The notes below the pieces were generated by a model that was not told the origin of the DNA, made no database searches, and saw only the letters and a list, made by a program, of their open reading frames with translations. Both the position numbers and the translations under genes were made by a program. From NCBI GenBank assembly GCA_964565915.1, contig CAZMGX010000002.1, positions 1 through 51,472 on the forward strand: 51,472 bases of DNA, in the 5' to 3' direction. Each line of letters begins with the position of its first letter. Position 1 is the stretch's first letter. This document shows, one piece after another, positions 45,213 through 51,472 of this stretch. This DNA is from an uncultured Gemmatimonas sp. (GTDB taxonomy: Bacteria; Gemmatimonadota; Gemmatimonadetes; Gemmatimonadales; Gemmatimonadaceae).

Positions 45213-46226
45213 TCAGGGGGTGCTGAGCCCGAGCATCCACAACTCCGCCGTACCCGCATGACGGAATGACACCCGCGGTGCGGCGTTGAACCAATCGAGC
45301 GTGTGCGCCAGCCCACCGATGTGGGTCGACTCCAATGCGGCCGCGCCCGCGAGCCAGTTGTAGGTCACCCGGCCGAAATCACGCACGGTCTGACGGCCCA
45401 TCAGGCGCTCGATGGTGTTGCCGTTCAGGTTGGACTGTTCATAGTGCGCGAGACGCAGCGTCACATCGTACGTCTCCCCCATGACGACGGTGCCACTTTC
45501 GAGGCGCGTGATTTCGCGGATGATCACCGCCCCTTCGCGACGTTCCCGCTGGTCGAGGATCGCGGGGAGCGGACTGCCATGCAGGTCGCGCACGGCGTAC
45601 ACCACCGCGCCCGCCTCTCCCGGAACCCGCGCGGCGACACTCGCCGTCAGTGTGCCGTAACGCACCGTAATCATGGTGAGACCCGGCTTGAGCGGGACCA
45701 ACTCGCCGGCAGCGGTCGTTTGCACGATGCTCGGGTCGGCGGATGTCACGTCGAGCGGCCGATTCAGCAGTGCGCGACCGTCCACGCCGCGCAACGTGGC
45801 TGGCACGCTCCCGCGGGTCCCGAGTGGCAGCACCAGCTGCTGCGTGCCGATTTCGATCGACATGGCCGGATGCAGGACGACGTGGAGCACGCGTCGCTGT
45901 TGCAACGTTGCGGTCGTCGCGACGATCTCCGTCGAACCTTCCCGCAGGGCTGTCAGCAGTCCGGACGGGGTGACGACCGCCACCGAGGGATCGGTCGCAG
46001 TCCACTGGACCTGAACGCCAGGAAGGATGCGATTCCGCTGATCGCGGACTTCGGCCTGCAGCGTACGCACATCGCCATCCCGGATGAGGCCGGGATCCGC
46101 GATCTGTAGCGCCGCCGGAATCGGTAGGGACGGTGCGGTGGATTCTTCGCCGGTGCAGGCCGTCAGCACCATGGCAAAGGTCGAGAACAGCAGGGCAATC
46201 GAGGGCGTCGTTTTCTTCGGTCGCAT
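45213..46226 (-). CDS. Lipoprotein with Big_2 Ig-like domains
   Basis: ATG 46226; LTAC lipobox; WTATDPSVAVVTPSGLLTALREG. Confidence 0.82.
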   Translation of the reverse strand: MRPKKTTPSIALLFSTFAMVLTACTGEESTAPSLPIPAALQIADPGLIRDGDVRTLQAEVRDQRNRILPGVQVQWTATDPSVAVVTPSGLLTALREGSTEIVATTATLQQRRVLHVVLHPAMSIEIGTQQLVLPLGTRGSVPATLRGVDGRALLNRPLDVTSADPSIVQTTAAGELVPLKPGLTMITVRYGTLTASVAARVPGEAGAVVYAVRDLHGSPLPAILDQRERREGAVIIREITRLESGTVVMGETYDVTLRLAHYEQSNLNGNTIERLMGRQTVRDFGRVTYNWLAGAAALESTHIGGLAHTLDWFNAAPRVSFRHAGTAELWMLGLSTP

Positions 46227-46419
46227 ACACACCAGCCGGCTTGGGTCGAGAGAGTGCCATCCTTCGTGCGGCACTACCCATCTCGCCGGGTTTCTGTGAC
46301 GCGGCATTCCCGGCCGGTGTGTGTGTGTGATTAACCGCGAATACAGGGGACCAGCGGTAGACGACCGCAGCAGGCCGGCCCACCGTTCGGTACCTGCTGC
46401 GTGACCCGGCGCGGCCCGA

Positions 46420-46869
46420 CTACTGCGTGTAGAACTGGCTCTGGTTCAGGTTGCCGGAGGCCGTTGCGATCAGGTCGAGCTTCGCCACCGTCCCGGCGTT
46501 GACCGACAGGGAAGGCGTCGTAAACGTCGTGCGGCCGGAGATGGCGCGGACCTGAAGAACCATGAGTCCCCCGGGCTGCAGGTCCGTTTCCCGCACGCGG
46601 AAGGTCTGCGTGCTGCCGCCGTTGACCAACCCGAGTCGGGTGCCGCGTGCCACGGGTGAGCGCATGACCCAGACGTTCACATCGAAGTAGCTGCGGTTCT
46701 CCACCATCAAGGTGACCGCCGGCGGCGTCGGACCAGGAATCCCCTTGCGACAGGACACCAATGCGACGGAACCGACGACGAGCGCCGCCAATGCGATGTG
46801 CCGGCGGATACGCTGACCAACGGTAATGCCGGATGGGGCCGAGCTGCGTGTGGTGAGTGTGCTGCTCAT
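46420..46869 (-). CDS. Small hypothetical lipoprotein
   Basis: GGAG RBS, ATG 46869; ALVSC lipobox; LMVENRSYFDVNVW...RLGLV. Confidence 0.75.
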   Translation of the reverse strand: MSSTLTTRSSAPSGITVGQRIRRHIALAALVVGSVALVSCRKGIPGPTPPAVTLMVENRSYFDVNVWVMRSPVARGTRLGLVNGGSTQTFRVRETDLQPGGLMVLQVRAISGRTTFTTPSLSVNAGTVAKLDLIATASGNLNQSQFYTQ

Positions 46870-46992
46870 GTAGGTCTCCGAAGAGAGTGTTGCCCAACAA
46901 TACCCCGCAGGCACCGCAGACGCGCCGATTCTTCGTCATCCGAATATCGCAGGCTCGAGTCCGAATCACGGCCGCTCGGGTAACTTCACCGT

Positions 46993-48474
46993 GTGGACTC
47001 TCTCCCGCATCTGGTGCCGGCTGGAATACTTGCGGCCTTCGGCGTGTTGCTGGTCATCAGCGTGCTGTTCAGCCGCGCCAGCGTGCGGTTCGGGCTGCCC
47101 CTTACGCTGGTGTTTCTCAGCATCGGCATGCTGGCCGGCTCTGAAGGCTTGGGCAAGATCGCGTTCGAGAGCTACTCACAGGCCTTCGCGCTCGGGACGG
47201 TGGCCCTCGCGTTCATTTTGTTCGACGGAGGGTTGAACACCCATTGGGGCGCTGTTCGCCAGGTGCTGGCGCCCGGCGCGCTGCTGGCGACGGTCGGGGT
47301 TCTGGCGACCGCGTCGCTCATGGCCGCCGGCGGTCACGTGTTGGGCCTCGCGTGGAGTGAAGCGTGGCTGATCGGGGCCATTGTGTCATCGACCGATGCT
47401 GCCGCGGTCTTCTCGGTCCTGCGTGCCTCGAATGTGAACCTGAAGAAGCGACTTGGCACCACGTTGGAGCTCGAGTCGGGTCTCAACGACCCGGTCGCGT
47501 TCATCCTGGTCGGCTTCGTCATTCAGGTCATCGGCTCGAACGCGGCGCCCGCGCCGGTGACGGCGGGTGCGGAGGTCATGCTGCAACTGGCGGTTGGCCT
47601 CGTCGGTGGGGCGGCCGTCGGTGTGGGTGCCCAACGCTTGCTGCGTGTGTTTCCGCTGCAGCCCAGCGGCCTGGTTCCCGCCTTCACCATCGCCGTGGCC
47701 TGCCTCGGCTTCGGTCTTCCGGCACTCCTTGGCGGCAGCGGTTTCCTGGCGGTGTATGTCGCCGGCATCGCATTGGGTGCCGGGGCGATCCCATTTCGCT
47801 CGAGTGTCCATCGGGTGCACGACACACTGGCGTGGCTCAGTCAGATCGGGATGTTTCTGGTTCTTGGGCTGCTGTCGTTTCCGAGTCGCGTGTTGCATGT
47901 GTTACCGATCGGCGTGGGCCTCGCCGTCCTGCTGGCGGTGGTCGCGAGACCGTTGGCTGTGGCGCTCTGCCTGATACCGTTTCGCTATCGACCGCGCGAA
48001 ATCGCTTTTGTGGGCTGGGTGGGGCTGCGCGGTGCGGTGCCGATCGTGCTGGCGACCTTGCCGGTGATCGCCCAGGTGCCGGGGGCGGAGCAGGCGTTTG
48101 ATGTGGTCTTCGTCATCGTCGTCACGAACGCGCTCCTGCAGGGCACCACGGTGCCGTGGCTGGCCCGGCGACTGCAACTCGAAAGTGGCGATGCGCCACC
48201 GCCGCCCGCGATGCTCGAGATCGAAGGGCCGGTGGCGTTCGACACCGCCATCCGATCGTTCCACGTCGACGAGGACCTGCCGGTGTGCGGTCAGTCGCTG
48301 GCGGACATTCCCTTTCCGAATACCTCGTCGGTCATGCTGGTGATTCGCGGCCGCCAGCTGCTGTCGCCGCACGGCGACATGACCCTGCTGCCGGGCGACC
48401 ACGTCTATGTGCTGGTCAATGCGGACGACGCCGCCATCCTCCAATTGCTCTTCGGCCGCGCCGAGGGCGATTGA
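46993..48474 (+). CDS. cvrA: K+/H+ antiporter, NhaP2/CvrA type, with C-terminal RCK_C (TrkA-C) domain
   Basis: ILFDGGL, SSTDAAAVFS, LELESGLNDP, WVGLRGAVPIVLA, VIRG...PHGDMTLLPGDHVYV. Symbol is family-level (cvrA/nhaP2). Confidence 0.9.
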   Translation: MDSLPHLVPAGILAAFGVLLVISVLFSRASVRFGLPLTLVFLSIGMLAGSEGLGKIAFESYSQAFALGTVALAFILFDGGLNTHWGAVRQVLAPGALLATVGVLATASLMAAGGHVLGLAWSEAWLIGAIVSSTDAAAVFSVLRASNVNLKKRLGTTLELESGLNDPVAFILVGFVIQVIGSNAAPAPVTAGAEVMLQLAVGLVGGAAVGVGAQRLLRVFPLQPSGLVPAFTIAVACLGFGLPALLGGSGFLAVYVAGIALGAGAIPFRSSVHRVHDTLAWLSQIGMFLVLGLLSFPSRVLHVLPIGVGLAVLLAVVARPLAVALCLIPFRYRPREIAFVGWVGLRGAVPIVLATLPVIAQVPGAEQAFDVVFVIVVTNALLQGTTVPWLARRLQLESGDAPPPPAMLEIEGPVAFDTAIRSFHVDEDLPVCGQSLADIPFPNTSSVMLVIRGRQLLSPHGDMTLLPGDHVYVLVNADDAAILQLLFGRAEGD

Positions 48475-48575
48475 CGGACGCTGTCATACAACGGGCCGGC
48501 CTCAAGCACCCATGCACGTGAGGGAGTGACACATCACCTGCAATCAGAACCGCCGGGTGCGGGAGGAGCTGACGT

Positions 48576-49688
48576 ATGCTGAAACTGACGGGCTGGCGAC
48601 AACGCGTGATGGGGCGCGTGGTACCCCTGACCCTGTTGCTGTTCGCCGCCGCGTGTGACTCGACCACCGCGCCGCAGTCGAACGACACGCTCGATACCCG
48701 GGCGGCCCTTCAGGACTATCAGGCACTCGAGCGCGTCTTCGCGTCCGAGGGATGGGCTGGGTTCACGGCGTTGTCCGGCCGCACGCCACTGTCTTCGCGC
48801 GCGGCGATGTCGGCCATCAGTGCGCTACCCAACGCCACCCGGACGGCCTCGGCGCGACAGTTCGCGATCGACGTGCTGCGCGATGCAGCGACCGCACCCG
48901 GCGGGGACGCGGCGGCTGCGTTTGTGCCGATCGTCTCCGACACCATGCGGGGGCGTACGTTCACATACGACCCGACCGCTGACCGATATGTCGTCAATCC
49001 GACGCGCAGCGGTGCACCGGCCAACGGCGTGCGCTTCATCATGTATGCCGTGGATGCCGCAGACAAGCCGATCGTCACCCAGGAGATCGGCTATGCCGAC
49101 CTTCGTGACGAAGGATCAGCAAACGGCAATGACGTCGCCTTGCGTCTTGTGGCCGTCGAGCGTGGCAAGACCATGCTGGACTACCGCACCAGTCTCGAAG
49201 GCCGCGAGGGATCGGGTCACCTCGAGGTCACCGGGTACGCCGTCGAAGGGGCAAACACCCTCACCTTCGCCATCTCTGCTGACGGCGAAAACGTGGGAGG
49301 GCGAACCGAACTCGATGTGTCGTTCGACCTGCGTCTCGAGCCTCGCGGGTTCCACATCGAGGGGACCGTCAGCGGCGTGGACGACAGCACCGACGGCGCA
49401 GGAACCGTCGAACTGGTGGTGCACCATCGCGAACAGACGCTGCGCGTCGACATGAACAGCGATGGGCAGTCCATCGAGGGCGAGATCAGCTTCAACGGCA
49501 ACACGTACGTCACGCTGACCGGTGATGCAAAGAATCCCACCATGCGTGGGGCCGGCGGGGATCCGATCACCGGCGAGGAACTCCTGGTTGTCCTCGCGGT
49601 GGTCGACATCGCGGACGATGTGTTCGACCTGATCGAGGACCTCGTGCAACCCGTCGACAACCTGATTGCGTTGGGCTGGGTGCTCTGA
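48576..49688 (+). CDS. Hypothetical lipoprotein, acidic and beta-rich
   Basis: GGAGG RBS; FAAAC lipobox. Confidence 0.78.
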   Translation: MLKLTGWRQRVMGRVVPLTLLLFAAACDSTTAPQSNDTLDTRAALQDYQALERVFASEGWAGFTALSGRTPLSSRAAMSAISALPNATRTASARQFAIDVLRDAATAPGGDAAAAFVPIVSDTMRGRTFTYDPTADRYVVNPTRSGAPANGVRFIMYAVDAADKPIVTQEIGYADLRDEGSANGNDVALRLVAVERGKTMLDYRTSLEGREGSGHLEVTGYAVEGANTLTFAISADGENVGGRTELDVSFDLRLEPRGFHIEGTVSGVDDSTDGAGTVELVVHHREQTLRVDMNSDGQSIEGEISFNGNTYVTLTGDAKNPTMRGAGGDPITGEELLVVLAVVDIADDVFDLIEDLVQPVDNLIALGWVL

Positions 49689-49805
49689 CGCGCCACTCGC
49701 CCTTGCGTGCCGGTCCGCTCATATTCGTCCAACGATCCTCCGCCGGCCTTGCCGTCGGGGGATTGCTGGTGTCGTTCCCATTCCTGTTCTGCCGAGGGCG
49801 CTGAC

Positions 49806-50432
49806 ATGTCGCTGTCCACGTTTGCACGACGCCGTGCTGATCTCCTGCTGGCCCTGTCCCTCGCGGCACTGACGCCAATGGTCGCCTCGGCGCAGCTGTC
49901 GACCACGCGCGGCTGGTCCTTTGGCGCGCAACTGCAGGGTACGTCGCTCACGGTCGAAGACGGGGAGACGAATTCGGGCGGTGGCCTCGCGTTGCGCGCC
50001 GGCTACGGGTTCAATCGACGCGTGACGCTGTTCCTGCATGTCGATGGAACACAGATCGACGTTCCGGCGGGTGGTGACATCGTCGGGCAGTGGAACCTCG
50101 CGCACGCCGATGTCGGTGCACGGTTCCACTTCGCCAATTCGCTCCGTCGATGGGTGCCGTATCTCGAGGCCTCGGCCGGTACGCGGGTCGTCAGCGTGAC
50201 GGATGCCAGCGTCAACGGCGATGACATCGACAAGATCGACTTCAACGGCGGGGCGCTGACATTCGGCGGCGGCCTGTCCACGTTCTTTCGCAAAACCGTG
50301 GCCGTCGACGTGTCACTCAAGTGGAGTGGCGGAAAGTTTACCGAGATCGACCTGGGGAACGTGGCCCTGCGGAATCTCGACATCGAGGCAACGTCGTTCC
50401 GCTTCGGCGTGGGCCTGGTCTGGTGGCCGTGA
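49806..50432 (+). CDS. Small outer-membrane beta-barrel protein (OmpA/OmpW-like 8-strand type)
   Basis: Signal ending ASA-Q; RAGYGFN, WVPYLEASAG, FGGGL, terminal FRFGVGLVWWP. Confidence 0.82.
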   Translation: MSLSTFARRRADLLLALSLAALTPMVASAQLSTTRGWSFGAQLQGTSLTVEDGETNSGGGLALRAGYGFNRRVTLFLHVDGTQIDVPAGGDIVGQWNLAHADVGARFHFANSLRRWVPYLEASAGTRVVSVTDASVNGDDIDKIDFNGGALTFGGGLSTFFRKTVAVDVSLKWSGGKFTEIDLGNVALRNLDIEATSFRFGVGLVWWP

Positions 50433-50488
50433 TCCCCTTGTCCTCGATGTCGTGACCGCTGGACGCAGGCCACGCGGCATCCTCCCGC

Positions 50489-50947
50489 TCAGGGTGCCGC
50501 GCGCAGTTTTCGCAATGACTCGTGTTGCTCAGGGCGCAAGACGTTCTTGATCCGCACCAGCAGGGTGAGGTGCGCCTCCTTGATCTTGCGCTCCGTTTGC
50601 AGCACGCGCCCCATGCGATCGAGCGCACGATCCAGATCGATGCGCGGCCGTGCCAGTTCGGTGTTGAGTGCCTCGGTCTGGTCCTTCAGCTCCCACTGCA
50701 GGCTCAGCACGTTGCCCTGCAACTCCTTGATCAGCTTGCTGATCGCATCCCGCTGCTCGTCGGACAGATTGATCGCGCGCCGGTGCTTCATGATCAGTTC
50801 CGGGTCGAACAGCGATCGGGCAATCGGATCATCCACCGATGGCACACTCTGCGCCGACGCCGGCACGGCGAGCGCGGTGGCCAGAACGACTCCAAGCGTC
50901 ATCAGCCAGCGCCGGCCTGGGCGGCCCGCATAGCCTGAGGTGATCAT
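50489..50947 (-). CDS. Spy/CpxP/ZraP-like periplasmic protein
   Basis: Signal peptide; INLSDEQRDAI and NVLRPEQ (LTxxQ-like motifs); helical; ATGA-coupled. Confidence 0.8.
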   Translation of the reverse strand: MITSGYAGRPGRRWLMTLGVVLATALAVPASAQSVPSVDDPIARSLFDPELIMKHRRAINLSDEQRDAISKLIKELQGNVLSLQWELKDQTEALNTELARPRIDLDRALDRMGRVLQTERKIKEAHLTLLVRIKNVLRPEQHESLRKLRAAP

Positions 50948-51366
50948 GAGGGACTCCGCGTTTGCGGGATGCCGAGGGTTGGTGTGCTGCGCAGGTATTC
51001 GGATCCCGGCACCGACAACAGGCGATCGGTTGGAGACCGCGGCGCGGACTGGTTGGTGCGCGACCACTGCGTCACCAGCTGCTCGAACTCGCGATCAGCG
51101 CGCTCGGCGGGGTCCGGACGCCGCAGCAGCAGGAGCGTGAGCGAGGCGGCGATCACCACGGGTGTCGCCCACAGCAACGTGCGCGCCAAAGGCTGGCGCC
51201 GGGGAGCCTCGACGACGGGAGCGCGGCGCGGCGTTTCGATCGTGCCGGCCGTCACGCGTGCGCGGGCGATCATCGATGCGAACGCGGGCGCCTCGGCCAC
51301 GTCTGCGCGTCGCATCGCGTCGACGTGTCGGCGCAAGGTCCTGTCGAACTCGGTCTCGTCCGTCAC
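50944..51366 (-). CDS. Putative anti-sigma membrane protein
   Basis: GTG 51366 overlapping the sigma stop, GGAGG RBS; single TM LLWATPVVIAASLTLLLL; W...SPTDRLL. Confidence 0.65.
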   Translation of the reverse strand: MTDETEFDRTLRRHVDAMRRADVAEAPAFASMIARARVTAGTIETPRRAPVVEAPRRQPLARTLLWATPVVIAASLTLLLLRRPDPAERADREFEQLVTQWSRTNQSAPRSPTDRLLSVPGSEYLRSTPTLGIPQTRSPS

Positions 51367-51472
51367 TGCTGGTCTTCCTCCATGTCTGTCACATCCGCAC
51401 GATGGACCGGCGAAAGCCATGATCGCAAGCGCTTCTTCCCGCGATCATAGTGCACGCGCGCCGAGCCCACGG
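51363..51472 (-). CDS. C-terminus of an ECF sigma factor (5' end outside window)
   Basis: Manual translation VGSARVHYDRGKKRLRSWLSPVHRADVTDMEEDQQ* resembles sigma region 4.2; not in the ORF track. Confidence 0.7.
   Translation of the reverse strand, partial: VGSARVHYDRGKKRLRSWLSPVHRADVTDMEEDQQ

Noticed and set aside
46317..46329. (GT)6 microsatellite upstream of a lipoprotein gene as a phase-variation switch
   Set aside because: Short and not demonstrably within a promoter spacer or coding frame.
1..51472. rRNA, tRNA, transposase, integrase or prophage genes
   Set aside because: None recognisable; intergenic gaps are short and no such motifs were seen. tRNAscan/Infernal could not be run.

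Overview
High-GC, gene-dense bacterial chromosomal segment. The protein repertoire (Big_2 lipoproteins, STK-TPR/ECF pair, PadR-linked permease, NHL-type lipoprotein) suggests Gemmatimonadota, but this is an inference. No rRNA, tRNA, CRISPR array or mobile element was recognisable. About 44 genes or gene pieces are present, dominated by envelope proteins and by signalling through ECF sigma factors (three) and proteases (PrsW, CHAT, two trypsin-like). The most interesting region is 18.3-30.7 kb. A minus-strand operon encodes a small secreted protein, a large Ig-repeat protein, a helical secreted protein, an outer-membrane beta-barrel, a chaperone-like protein, an ECF sigma and an anti-sigma. It converges on a plus-strand pair encoding a paralogue of the small secreted protein and a possibly exported TPR-CHAT caspase-like protease. 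Both units carry the same upstream TGAGAA-N15/16-GCGTC motif. Next to this lie a broken, inverted remnant of a second Ig-repeat gene and a Ser/Thr kinase-ECF pair whose kinase has an in-frame TAG. Other notable items are a split HtrA-like pair (dead protease-PDZ plus active protease without PDZ) with a LuxR regulator, an LptF/G-like permease lacking its jellyroll next to PadR, an FHA-PrsW fusion, and a collagen-stalked DUF4394-like lipoprotein missed by the ORF track. All family calls come from motif recognition by eye; no database searches were run.
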